64,000 bases of DNA, from contig CAYUZA010000002.1 in NCBI GenBank assembly GCA_964449535.1, positions 45,549 to 109,548 on the forward strand, read 5' to 3'. Shown piece after piece: positions 10,068 through 19,339 of the stretch (its first letter is position 1; every line of letters starts with the position of its first letter). Position numbers and translations under genes: made by a program. The DNA is from an uncultured Saprospiraceae bacterium (lineage in GTDB: Bacteria > Bacteroidota > Bacteroidia > Chitinophagales > Saprospiraceae). The notes beneath the pieces were generated by a model that was given only the letters and a program-made list of their open reading frames with translations, ran no database searches and was not told where the DNA came from.

Positions 10068-10526
10068 ATGAAAATTCAAATTGTATTTTTTATAGCATTA
10101 TTAGCCTGTATTACAGCAGCAGTAAATGCTCAGCCAATGGACAAGGGCCATCGCGTTATGGATCGTGTACGAGAAGCACAATGGAGAGAAATCAAAAAAG
10201 AAATGAATTGGGATGAAGAAAAAGTAAGACAAGTAAAGCCACTATACCTTAAGTATACAGATGAATTGGCAGAAGTTGGTTTTCGATCCCGAAGAAACGT
10301 AATGAGTCTGGATCCTGATTTGGCAACTAAGGAGGAAGCGCAGGAGGCATTACGCGATCATTTTTCAGACACAGAGCAACAGTGGCAAATTAGAAAAAAG
10401 TATTATCAGGAGCTTTCTCGCGTGCTCAGTCCACAAGAACAAGTTAGACTAATGCAAACAGAAGCAAGGGTGAGACAAAAAGTCATTGGAGAAGTGAAAG
10501 AGCGCAGACAAAGAAGAAGACAATAA
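10068..10526 (+). CDS. Periplasmic helical protein (Spy/CpxP-like LTxxQ-type)
   Basis: Signal peptide, charged helical sequence, LSPQEQVRLMQ motif. Third gene of the ECF cluster. Confidence 0.4.
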   Translation: MKIQIVFFIALLACITAAVNAQPMDKGHRVMDRVREAQWREIKKEMNWDEEKVRQVKPLYLKYTDELAEVGFRSRRNVMSLDPDLATKEEAQEALRDHFSDTEQQWQIRKKYYQELSRVLSPQEQVRLMQTEARVRQKVIGEVKERRQRRRQ

Positions 10527-10529
10527 ATG

Positions 10530-11228
10530 CTATGTGTTTTTGCGAGTTGATTTGTCTTTCGGGCCGACAACAATAACAATTTCTCCCAATGCCTTGCCTT
10601 TTGCCTCATAATCGGCAGCTAAAGAACCAAGGGAGCCGCGTTCATATGATTCATAAATTTTTGATATTTCTCTGACTACGCACGCGAGCCTGTTTTCCCC
10701 GCAAACTTGAGCCAACTCTCGAAGGGTCTTAATCAATCTGTGTGGGGACTCGTATAGAACGAAGGTGTTTGGCCAGGATGCCAGTTCAGTAAGCGCAGTT
10801 TTTCTACCTTTTTTATGTGGAAGAAAACCATAAAACCAAAAAGAGTCGCAAGGTAGTCCAGAACCAACTAATGCAGGAATGATTGCGGTTGCGCCGGGAA
10901 GAACCTCAACTTGTATGCCTTGTTGTACACAGCTACGCACGATTAAGTGACCCGGATCAGAGATTCCAGGCGTTCCTGCATCTGATATCAGCGCAACATT
11001 TTTACCATTGTGCAACATTTGAACCAATGCATCTTGCTGTTGGTGCTCATTAAATGTATGATATGCTTTGAGCGGGGTCTTTATTTCGTAGTGCTTGAGA
11101 AGCTTTGATGATGTCCGCGTATCTTCTGCCAGAATAATGTCTGCCGAGCGCATCACATTAAGCGCACGAAGGGTAATATCTTCCAAATTTCCTATTGGTG
11201 TTGGAACTAGTGTTAATTTTCCTGTCAC
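10530..11228 (-). CDS. rsmI: 16S rRNA (cytidine1402-2'-O)-methyltransferase
   Basis: GKLTLVPTPIGNLEDITLRAL...ILAEDTR...ISDAGTPGISDPG, tetrapyrrole-methylase fold RsmI signature. Confidence 0.9.
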   Translation of the reverse strand: MTGKLTLVPTPIGNLEDITLRALNVMRSADIILAEDTRTSSKLLKHYEIKTPLKAYHTFNEHQQQDALVQMLHNGKNVALISDAGTPGISDPGHLIVRSCVQQGIQVEVLPGATAIIPALVGSGLPCDSFWFYGFLPHKKGRKTALTELASWPNTFVLYESPHRLIKTLRELAQVCGENRLACVVREISKIYESYERGSLGSLAADYEAKGKALGEIVIVVGPKDKSTRKNT

Positions 11229-11231
11229 AGT

Positions 11232-11483
11232 TTAGGCAGGGCGGATAGAGAATTGATAAGATTCCATGATAGGGTTGGCGAGCAATTTCTCACAAGCTAA
11301 TTTTAACTTAGTGTGTGCCTCGGCTTCATCTTTAGCTTCTAGGCGGATAAGTATGTTTTTGCCTATTCGTATATCATCAACTCCATGAATATCTAGGTTT
11401 TTCATATTGTTGGCTACTGTTTTGCCTTGGGGGTCCAAAAGCTCCTTGTGCGGCATAACCTGTACTTCGGCTAAAAATTTCAT
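11232..11483 (-). CDS. purS: Phosphoribosylformylglycinamidine synthase subunit PurS
   Basis: 83 aa with V.V..K...LDPQGKTV and LLANPIMESY motifs. Confidence 0.9.
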   Translation of the reverse strand: MKFLAEVQVMPHKELLDPQGKTVANNMKNLDIHGVDDIRIGKNILIRLEAKDEAEAHTKLKLACEKLLANPIMESYQFSIRPA

Positions 11484-11555
11484 GATGTGTTATCTTTAAT
11501 AATACAAAGATAATACGATAAGTAATATTAAAAGTCCGGCCGAACAATCAATTGT

Positions 11556-11593
11556 TAAAAAGACATAAACCTACAAAATCGATACGGTTTATG
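11556..11593 (-). terminator. Intrinsic terminator after the FAD oxidase gene
   Basis: 8-bp stem CATAAACC/GGTTTATG (11564-11571 with 11586-11593) directly after the stop, followed on the minus strand by TCTTTTT. Confidence 0.55.
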
Positions 11594-11594
11594 A

Positions 11595-13073
11595 TTACAC
11601 GGGAATACTTTGTGGATTAGAAAAAACATTATTGGGGTCTAGCTGTCTTTTTACTGCCTTTAAGCGGTCTATATGATATCCATAATAAGCATCCAGGTGA
11701 TTTTGCTGTCGATTATCAATAAAATTAATGTAGCAGTGGCGTGAGGTAAATTGTTCCATTTCAGCATGGAAGGCATCTAACCAAGCATAATTGGCAGACA
11801 ACAACCCTTCATCTCGTGTTAGCCATTCTATTTCAATCGAGGTAATCATAGTAGCCTCTCGAAATAGAAAAGCAGTATCATCACCAGAAATTTCTTTTAT
11901 TTTACCGCCCATTAAAAAAAATTTCCATTGACCATCAATAGATGTTCCTGGCCAGTTTTCTAAGTTTCGAAAAATAGCCTCTCTCCCTTCTTTAGATATT
12001 TTTCCAAAAGCAAATCGTGATCTTTCATGGGCATATTCCGGATTCCCGTCAATGGACAATAGCTCTTGTGCATCCCAATAAGGTAAAATTTCTATAGTTT
12101 CAACAAGAGGATCTGCAATATCATAAAGTGGTTTAAGTAAGGCTAATAGTTCAGTTTCACTGCCAACAAATTGTCCTAAAATATCGATTGTAATCGAGTT
12201 ACCAGAAAAAGTCTTTCGTGCGATTACAGAAAATTTAACGCCTAAAGTATTGGGTGCTGTAGCTGCAATATCTTGAAAAGCATCAAAAATTTCATTTAAA
12301 TTATCTTGCCATTGCATATTAAAGAAAACAACATTTCCCACAGGAAACATTTGAAAAGCGAATTGTGTATGTATTCCAAAATTGCCTCCACCCGCTCCCC
12401 TTACGGCCCAAAAAGCCTCTGGGTTTTCTGTGGCGCTAGCAGTAATCACGTCTCCGTTTGCCAAAACTATTCGCGTAGATAACAACTGGTCACAGGTAAG
12501 TCCATGGCCTCTCATATTAAAGCCAATTCCTCCGCCTAAAACCAAGCCGGCAACACCAACCCCCTTGCAACGTCCATGTGTTAGGGAAGTAGAGAAGTTT
12601 CGCCCAGCTAAATATACCTCTTGATTGTGTACGCCTCCTGCAAGTGTAGCAATATTAGAATTTGCATCAAACTGAATATCTGTCATTTGTGATAGATCAA
12701 TAAGCAGCCCTGTGGTTCTTGAAAAACCAGCATAAGAGTGTCCACCAGAACGTGGTGCTATAGGAATATTGTGTAATCTTGCCCATTTGACACAAGCAAC
12801 AACATCTGCCTCGCTTTTACATAGAGCAATTGCTTGGGGTACTACGGATAAGTAAGCTAAAGCATATTGTGTATTTAGGCGTGTAAAATCAAGATCATCG
12901 CGCATAACCAAGGAACCATTTAAAGATCGGGCTAAATCGGCCCATTTCCCACGAGGACCAGAAATATCTTCTTTGGTACATGATTGTATAAATGTGGCAA
13001 AAGTGGGCGCAATAGCCAAGCCTATTGCGGCACGCATGCTATTACCCAGAAAGTCTCTGCGCGATGTTGTCAT
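11595..13073 (-). CDS. Tat-exported FAD-linked oxidoreductase (FAD_binding_4 / berberine-bridge-like)
   Basis: Twin-arginine signal MTTSRRDFL, flavinylation motif PRSGGHSYAG, C-terminal BBE-like NNVFSNPQSI. Confidence 0.8.
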   Translation of the reverse strand: MTTSRRDFLGNSMRAAIGLAIAPTFATFIQSCTKEDISGPRGKWADLARSLNGSLVMRDDLDFTRLNTQYALAYLSVVPQAIALCKSEADVVACVKWARLHNIPIAPRSGGHSYAGFSRTTGLLIDLSQMTDIQFDANSNIATLAGGVHNQEVYLAGRNFSTSLTHGRCKGVGVAGLVLGGGIGFNMRGHGLTCDQLLSTRIVLANGDVITASATENPEAFWAVRGAGGGNFGIHTQFAFQMFPVGNVVFFNMQWQDNLNEIFDAFQDIAATAPNTLGVKFSVIARKTFSGNSITIDILGQFVGSETELLALLKPLYDIADPLVETIEILPYWDAQELLSIDGNPEYAHERSRFAFGKISKEGREAIFRNLENWPGTSIDGQWKFFLMGGKIKEISGDDTAFLFREATMITSIEIEWLTRDEGLLSANYAWLDAFHAEMEQFTSRHCYINFIDNRQQNHLDAYYGYHIDRLKAVKRQLDPNNVFSNPQSIPV

Positions 13074-13082
13074 ATTTAGTAA

Positions 13083-13760
13083 TTATTTTGATCGTAAAAA
13101 TAATGAAAGTAAGATATATACCAAAACGGAAACTAAGAAGCCACCAAACCCTATTATGTAAATAGAAATGCAGGCTGAAATTAATACAAGCCATGCTGCT
13201 CGACCCGATAAAAGATTGGTGCTTAAGGAAGAAAACTTGAGAAGGGGAATGCGAGAAAGCATCAGAAAACAGGATACAAGAATAAAGAAGGCGACAATCC
13301 AAAAATTGCCCATCCAGGGGATTGTTTTGTCCACAAAAGCCAACCAGACAAAACCAATAACAAGAATAGTATTAGCAGGAGTAGGCAAACCTAAAAACTG
13401 TTTTCGCTGTTCAGTATCCAGATTAAATATAGCTAATCTTAGTATGGAAGAAACGGGTATTAAAAAAGCCATGTAGGCCATCCAAGGAGAGTCGGTTACC
13501 ATTATTGAAAGACAAACATAAAGCAACATGCCTGGAGAAACCCCAAAACTTATCGCATCTGCAAGGGAGTCTAATTGCACACCCAAGGGCGAGTCTACAC
13601 CTAGTTTTCGGGCAACCATTCCATCTAACAAATCCGCTAATGCTGATATCCCCGTACAAACCAAAAAGGCATTCCACTCGTTTTGAAAAACAAAGGCTAT
13701 CGCCATACACCCAAAAAAAAGGTTTAACAGCGTCAATGCATTTGGAATATGTTTGATCAT
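13083..13760 (-). CDS. CDP-alcohol phosphatidyltransferase (phosphatidylserine synthase-like)
   Basis: Motif DLLDGMVARKLGVDSPLGVQLDSLAD matches D-G-x2-A-R-x8-G-x3-D-x3-D. Start set to MIKHIPNALT to avoid overlap with the divergent gene. Confidence 0.75.
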   Translation of the reverse strand: MIKHIPNALTLLNLFFGCMAIAFVFQNEWNAFLVCTGISALADLLDGMVARKLGVDSPLGVQLDSLADAISFGVSPGMLLYVCLSIMVTDSPWMAYMAFLIPVSSILRLAIFNLDTEQRKQFLGLPTPANTILVIGFVWLAFVDKTIPWMGNFWIVAFFILVSCFLMLSRIPLLKFSSLSTNLLSGRAAWLVLISACISIYIIGFGGFLVSVLVYILLSLFLRSK

Positions 13761-13837
13761 AAAAAAATAGCGTGAGAAAAACAGAAAAAACTGGGTCAAA
13801 GATAAATGAATAACAAGAAAAACACGTTTATACTCAT

Positions 13838-15682
13838 ATGAATAAGCTTTACACCATAGGATTGCTGGGAATGATGCTGGTAACAGCCATGTCAAGATCT
13901 TTAGCACAAAACAACCATGATGAGTGCAATACGGCGATTGCTATTACAGACCCAAGGAATTACTGCTCCGATCCTGATGCATTTCGTTTGTTTGGCGCTA
14001 CCGCATCGTCTCAGCCCCGGCCAAGCTGTGCATTATCAGTTAACCAAGATGTCTGGTTTACTTTTATCGCGGAAGCAGAGTATTTAAGTGTTCGGATAAT
14101 AGGTCGTACGGGTAGGGTTTTTCCAGGGGGAACTATCTTAAATCCAGAGGTTTCTGTTTATGAGGGCAACTGCAACAATCTCACTCAAATGGGCTGTCTG
14201 TCTGACGCGTTTAGCAACCATATTGTAGAATTAAATTTAACTGGTTTTGTTCCCGGTAGGCAGTATTACATCAGAGTAGATAGTCGAGTAGGAAGTGTTG
14301 GCACCTTCCAGTTGTGTATGAATAATTATGAGGCCATACCAGATCCAAGCTCTGACTGTCGAAACGGAGTTTTGTTATGTGATAAAAGCCCGTTTTCTAT
14401 ACCGCGCCTGGTGGGTGCAGGAACCGATCCAAATGAAGTTGTTGGAACATGCATACAAGAGGAATATTCTTCTGCCTGGTATAAATGGACCTGTGATCAG
14501 CCTGGTTCTTTGGCCTTTACCCTTACGCCCAATAGTCCAGCAGATGATCTAGACTTTGCACTTTACGAACTTCCCAACGGAATAGAAGACTGTTCTGGTA
14601 AAAAGCTTCTTCGGTGTATGGCCAGTGGTGAAAACCAGGGAGCGCCCTTAGAAGATTGGATAAGGTGTTATGGGCCTACGGGTTTGAGATTTGGCTCCAA
14701 TGACATTACAGAAGCGCCGGGATGCCAATCAGGAGATGACAACTTTTTAGCGCCAATCAATATGGAGGCGGGTAAGAGTTATGCGTTGGTGGTAAATAAT
14801 TTTAGCAATTCAGGCTCTGGTTTTTCCATAGAATTTAGTGGTAGCGGAACCTTTTTGGGCCCCAAAGCAGAATTTGATATACTGACAGATGATTTAGAGA
14901 AAATATGTCGTAGGGTGCCACTGGAGATTGTAGATCGTTCAGAAAGTGTGCTAGGAGGTGCTATAGTCAGCTGGAACTGGCTTTTTGGCCAAGGGGTTCA
15001 GCCGGCGATTCGTCGAACACAAGGCCCTCATTCGCTTCAATATGATGATCCGGGTTACAAAACAATAACGCTTCGTATAGAAAACGAAAAAGGCTGTATA
15101 GTAAGTAAAACACAGCGAATATTGGTAGAGTGCTGTGATTATCCGGTGAGTATAGAAGCACAAGGAGAAGGTATTTATGATTTAGGAGAAGAGGTATCCT
15201 TAAATGTTGAAGTGGATCTGCCAGGCAATCAGTATACTTACCGGTGGTTTGACCCCCAATATCTGAGTTGCAATAATTGCCCAAACCCAACCGCGCTTAC
15301 TGGCAAAACAAGAACGTTTTATGTAGAAGTTGAAGATGAGCAAGGCTGCATTGCATTTGACTCTATTTTGTTGCGCATAGAGGTTATACGGCCTATTTTT
15401 TTCCCGGATGCTTTTACGCCCAATAGAAATGGTATAAACGATAAATTCACTGTTTTTGGCGGCAAAGCGGCCACACAAGTTAATTTATTGAATGTTTATG
15501 ACCGATGGGGTGGGTTAATTTACCAAGGGAAAAATCTGCCTATTAATGATACTTCTGTTGGCTGGGACGGCACATTTCAAGGAAAGGACCTCATGGCAGG
15601 AACCTATATTTTTTATGCAGAAATAGCCTTTTTAGATGAAGAAGTTGTTCCGTATTCCGGAGAAATTACGGTAATTCGCTGA
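13838..15682 (+). CDS. Secreted surface protein with PKD-like domain and T9SS type-B (gliding motility-associated, CHU_C) C-terminal sorting domain
   Basis: Signal peptide. C-terminus is IFFPDAFTPNRNGINDKFTVFG...VYDRWGGLIYQG...GWDGTFQGKDLMAGTYIFY. Confidence 0.8.
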   Translation: MNKLYTIGLLGMMLVTAMSRSLAQNNHDECNTAIAITDPRNYCSDPDAFRLFGATASSQPRPSCALSVNQDVWFTFIAEAEYLSVRIIGRTGRVFPGGTILNPEVSVYEGNCNNLTQMGCLSDAFSNHIVELNLTGFVPGRQYYIRVDSRVGSVGTFQLCMNNYEAIPDPSSDCRNGVLLCDKSPFSIPRLVGAGTDPNEVVGTCIQEEYSSAWYKWTCDQPGSLAFTLTPNSPADDLDFALYELPNGIEDCSGKKLLRCMASGENQGAPLEDWIRCYGPTGLRFGSNDITEAPGCQSGDDNFLAPINMEAGKSYALVVNNFSNSGSGFSIEFSGSGTFLGPKAEFDILTDDLEKICRRVPLEIVDRSESVLGGAIVSWNWLFGQGVQPAIRRTQGPHSLQYDDPGYKTITLRIENEKGCIVSKTQRILVECCDYPVSIEAQGEGIYDLGEEVSLNVEVDLPGNQYTYRWFDPQYLSCNNCPNPTALTGKTRTFYVEVEDEQGCIAFDSILLRIEVIRPIFFPDAFTPNRNGINDKFTVFGGKAATQVNLLNVYDRWGGLIYQGKNLPINDTSVGWDGTFQGKDLMAGTYIFYAEIAFLDEEVVPYSGEITVIR

Positions 15683-15686
15683 TAAG

Positions 15687-16238
15687 ATGCACAGAATAAT
15701 TTTTTTTGGATTGACCTTAGTGATATTATCGTGCTCTTCTTCAAAAGACAAAGAAGAAAAACTCCCTTTCGGAAAAGAAGAACTCTTTTCCGAAGTAGCA
15801 GAAAATGTTGATATTTATTACAGCGAAAATGGTCGGGTACAATTGCGAATACAAGGTCCATTGATGGTGAGAAGTTCACATCAGGGGAAGGCAACGGATG
15901 CTTTTCCGGAAGGATTACAAGTAACCTTTTTTGATAATGAAGCCAATGCAAAAAGTTGGCTTAGCGCGAAAAAGGGCACTCGGTATCCCCAAGACAGAAA
16001 AATTGTATTGCAAGATTCTGTTGTTTTCTACAACACAGAACAAGAAGAGTTGCGAACAAGTGAGCTAATATGGTGGGAGTCTGATGGAAGTATGGAAACG
16101 GCTAAATTTGTGGAAATAAAGCGGCCGGGGGAGCGAATTCGTGGATTTGGCTTCAAGGCAAAGGACAATTTAACCCGTTTTGAGATGAATGCCGTCACAG
16201 GCAGAATCAAGGCGGGAGATTTGACGGAGGATTTTTAA
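15687..16238 (+). CDS. Lipoprotein, LptC-like (LPS export periplasmic protein)
   Basis: Lipobox LVILSCSS. Size and beta-jellyroll-like pattern (VVFYNTEQEELRTSELIWWES...) resemble Bacteroidota LptC. Assignment is tentative. Confidence 0.45.
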   Translation: MHRIIFFGLTLVILSCSSSKDKEEKLPFGKEELFSEVAENVDIYYSENGRVQLRIQGPLMVRSSHQGKATDAFPEGLQVTFFDNEANAKSWLSAKKGTRYPQDRKIVLQDSVVFYNTEQEELRTSELIWWESDGSMETAKFVEIKRPGERIRGFGFKAKDNLTRFEMNAVTGRIKAGDLTEDF

Positions 16239-16558
16239 CTTTCCGGCCAATAAGCCTAATATAAATTGAGGGTTAGAGCATTTTAAAGAAATAAAGGCTA
16301 TTCAATACCCGCCACTTGTCTTAATCTGACAAGGACACAAAACGGTTTTACGAAGCGATAGGCACATAAACGCAGGAAAAGTTAAATGAGTATTAATAAG
16401 GTGTTTTATGACAGCAGTTTTTATTTTAGAGAAAGAATAAAACAAATCAAATAAAACAGTCCGGGTCAGGAATTCAGAAAAGTAAGCACAAATCTTTTTT
16501 CAGCGCGACATGATAGCGCGAAATAGTAGTTTATAAAAGCACCATAAAGCGCCTATCA

Positions 16559-19264
16559 ATGCAGAGAATAAATACCGAGAATAAAAAAATAGAATCATCC
16601 TGGCATGCGTATACACATGAAGAAACAATACAAAAGGCAGGCACAGGAAATGATGGGTTAGCTCTACATGAGGTGTTGAAGCGGAGGGAAAAAGAAGGGT
16701 GGAATGAATTAGAGGAGATCGGCAAAAGGCATTGGTTACAAATACTTTGGGCACAATTTATGAGCCTTTTGGTGTTTATATTGGTGGCAGCAGCATTGAT
16801 TTCCTGGTTTACTGGTCACGCTGTAGATGCTTATATAATCCTGGCCGTAATTATAGTAAATGCGGCCATTGGTTTTTTTCAAGAATACCGTGCAGAGAAC
16901 GCCATTCGATCGCTTCGGAGTTTGGTGTTGCCCAAAGCAAAAGTCAGACGCGGTGGACAGGTTTACGTTGTTCCTGCGCGCGCGCTAGTTCCAGGTGATG
17001 TAATTATATTAGAAGAGGGAGACGGCGTACCTGCAGATGCGCGTATCATACTGGCCAAAAACCTCCGCGCCGTGGAGTCTTCCCTGACTGGCGAATCCGT
17101 CCCTGTTCAAAAAGATACGGAAGTGTTACCACTGGAAACCGAGCTGGCAGACCGCCGCAACATGCTTTGGAAAGCAACTTTTGTAGCAGGAGGATATGCA
17201 GAGGCCGTGGTTTGCCACACAGGCATGAAGACAGCTATAGGAGAGATCGCAAAAGGACTAAAAGCCATTAAACCCACCCGGAGCCATTTTCATAAAAAAA
17301 TAGACGCATTGGCACGACAAATGGCGGTATTGTCTTTGTTGAGCGCGGGCCTTTTGTTTTTAGTGGCCTGGGTGTTTCACTCCTATGCATTGGAAGAAAT
17401 ATTCTTAATCTCTATTGCCGCATTGGTGTCCGCTTTACCGGAGGGGCTGCCGGCCGTTTTGAGTATAGTATTAGCCATTGGAGCTAATAGAATGGCCAAG
17501 CGAAATACAATAATTCGTGACTTTCACGCCACAGAAACGCTTGGTTCGATTACTACAATAATTACGGATAAGACAGGCACTCTCACCCAAAACACATTGA
17601 CGGTACGCAAATTGTTTATTCCGGGATCAGAATTATATGAGGTGGATGGTGATGGCTGGGAGACTAATGGCGCCATAAAACAGCAAGGGCAAGTAATTCA
17701 AACTGCTCATGGAGATTCATTGGATATATTGCTTGAAATAGCTGCCTTGAGCAACAATGCCGTGCTTGAATTTGATGAAGATACAGGAAAACAAAAATTA
17801 ATAGGCGACCCTACAGAAGGCGCCTTGCTGGCATTATCACATAAAGGCGGTGTGCATCAAAGGTCTTTTGTAAGAAAGGACGATATGCCATTTAGCTCAG
17901 AACTTAAACTTCGGGCAAGTCTCATTGAAACAGGGCATGGACAAAGAGCCATGGTAGTGGGTGCCCCCGAGCAACTTCTCGAAAAAGCGGACTTTTATTT
18001 GTTGGAAAACAAAATAGAGCCCCTGGATGAAAACATAAAAGAGCAAATACGAAACACTATAGACCACTGGGCGGGCGAAGCTATGCGCGTGATAGCCTTG
18101 GCATACAAACCATGGGGTCATGAAAACAAGCTGGTTGCGGAAAATATAACAGGACTTGTGTGGGTGGGTATTGCGGGAATGGTAGATCCGCCAAGAGCAG
18201 AGGTTAAGGAGGCTATTGCTCAATGTAAACGGGCGGGAGTCCGTGTAATCATGGCCACGGGGGACCACATGAAAACGGCTATGGCAGTAGGACGGCAAAT
18301 AGGTCTGATACAGGAAGACGGCGGATTAGAGCCACAGGCGCTAACAGAAAGGCAGCTCCTACATTTGGAGGGAGAAGCTTTTGTTGAGGCTATAAAAAGA
18401 GTCTCCATCTTTGCCCGTTTAAGTCCACAAATGAAATTGAAAATAGCTTCTACTTTACAGCAACAAGGCGAACTCATTGCTATGACCGGAGATGGCGTTA
18501 ATGATGCTCCGGCCTTAAAAAAAGCGGATGTTGGCATTGCTATGGGTATTGCCGGAACGGATGTGGCCCGAGATGCGGCCAAAATGGTATTGGCAGATGA
18601 TAATTTTTCGACCATAGTGCATGCTATTGAAGAGGGCAGAATAGTTTTTAAAAATGCCAGACGAACGGCATTCTTTTTAGTAACCACCAATGTGGCAGAG
18701 ATCATTACCTTGTTGGCCAGCGTATTTGTAGGTATGCCGGTACCATTGACAGCGACGCAGATACTTTGGCTAAATTTGGTAACAGATGGTGTGGGTGATA
18801 TTTCGCTGGCAACAGAGAGAGGGCACGGAAACGAGTTGGAAGACAAACCCATATCGCCCAAAGAAAACATACTTTCATGGGACATTCTTCCATTTCTGTT
18901 GATAAACGCATTGCTTATGACTGGACTCACCTTATTAACCTTCAGATATTTTCTGCCCGAAAGTCTGGAAAAGGCGAGGTCGGGGGCGTTTATTATAATG
19001 GCTTTCAGTCAGCTATACAATGTGTTTAATATGCGTTCTTTGCGCCAATCCGTATTTCGCTTAGGGATATTTTCAAACAAGTATGTAAACCTGGCCCTAT
19101 TCATTTCTATAATAATTCAGGTTTTGTTAATCGAATTGCCGTTTTTTGAGCGTTTATTCCGCTTCGACCCGATTCGCTTATCCGAGTTTTTAGTGCTGGC
19201 GGCCATGGCTAGTTCGGTGTTGTGGTTTGGAGAAGTGTACAAATGGCTTCGGTATCGAAGATGA
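16559..19264 (+). CDS. Cation-transporting P-type ATPase (P2/P3-like, Ca2+ or Mg2+)
   Basis: TGES, phosphorylation site DKTGTLT, hinge MTGDGVNDAPALKKADVGIAMG, 10-TM layout, PEGLPA in M4. Confidence 0.9.
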   Translation: MQRINTENKKIESSWHAYTHEETIQKAGTGNDGLALHEVLKRREKEGWNELEEIGKRHWLQILWAQFMSLLVFILVAAALISWFTGHAVDAYIILAVIIVNAAIGFFQEYRAENAIRSLRSLVLPKAKVRRGGQVYVVPARALVPGDVIILEEGDGVPADARIILAKNLRAVESSLTGESVPVQKDTEVLPLETELADRRNMLWKATFVAGGYAEAVVCHTGMKTAIGEIAKGLKAIKPTRSHFHKKIDALARQMAVLSLLSAGLLFLVAWVFHSYALEEIFLISIAALVSALPEGLPAVLSIVLAIGANRMAKRNTIIRDFHATETLGSITTIITDKTGTLTQNTLTVRKLFIPGSELYEVDGDGWETNGAIKQQGQVIQTAHGDSLDILLEIAALSNNAVLEFDEDTGKQKLIGDPTEGALLALSHKGGVHQRSFVRKDDMPFSSELKLRASLIETGHGQRAMVVGAPEQLLEKADFYLLENKIEPLDENIKEQIRNTIDHWAGEAMRVIALAYKPWGHENKLVAENITGLVWVGIAGMVDPPRAEVKEAIAQCKRAGVRVIMATGDHMKTAMAVGRQIGLIQEDGGLEPQALTERQLLHLEGEAFVEAIKRVSIFARLSPQMKLKIASTLQQQGELIAMTGDGVNDAPALKKADVGIAMGIAGTDVARDAAKMVLADDNFSTIVHAIEEGRIVFKNARRTAFFLVTTNVAEIITLLASVFVGMPVPLTATQILWLNLVTDGVGDISLATERGHGNELEDKPISPKENILSWDILPFLLINALLMTGLTLLTFRYFLPESLEKARSGAFIIMAFSQLYNVFNMRSLRQSVFRLGIFSNKYVNLALFISIIIQVLLIELPFFERLFRFDPIRLSEFLVLAAMASSVLWFGEVYKWLRYRR

Positions 19265-19339
19265 GTGTAAAAAACAACCGGGAAGCGTTAATTACAGGCA
19301 ATGACAAGGGACAAAGAACAAAGTATATTCCATTAGTTT

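Noticed and set aside
18220-18930. 236-aa minus-strand ORF inside the P-type ATPase gene
   Set aside because: It is antisense to the conserved hinge and M5-M6 region of the ATPase and has an Ala/Ser/Pro-rich nonsense-like translation. Shadow ORF.
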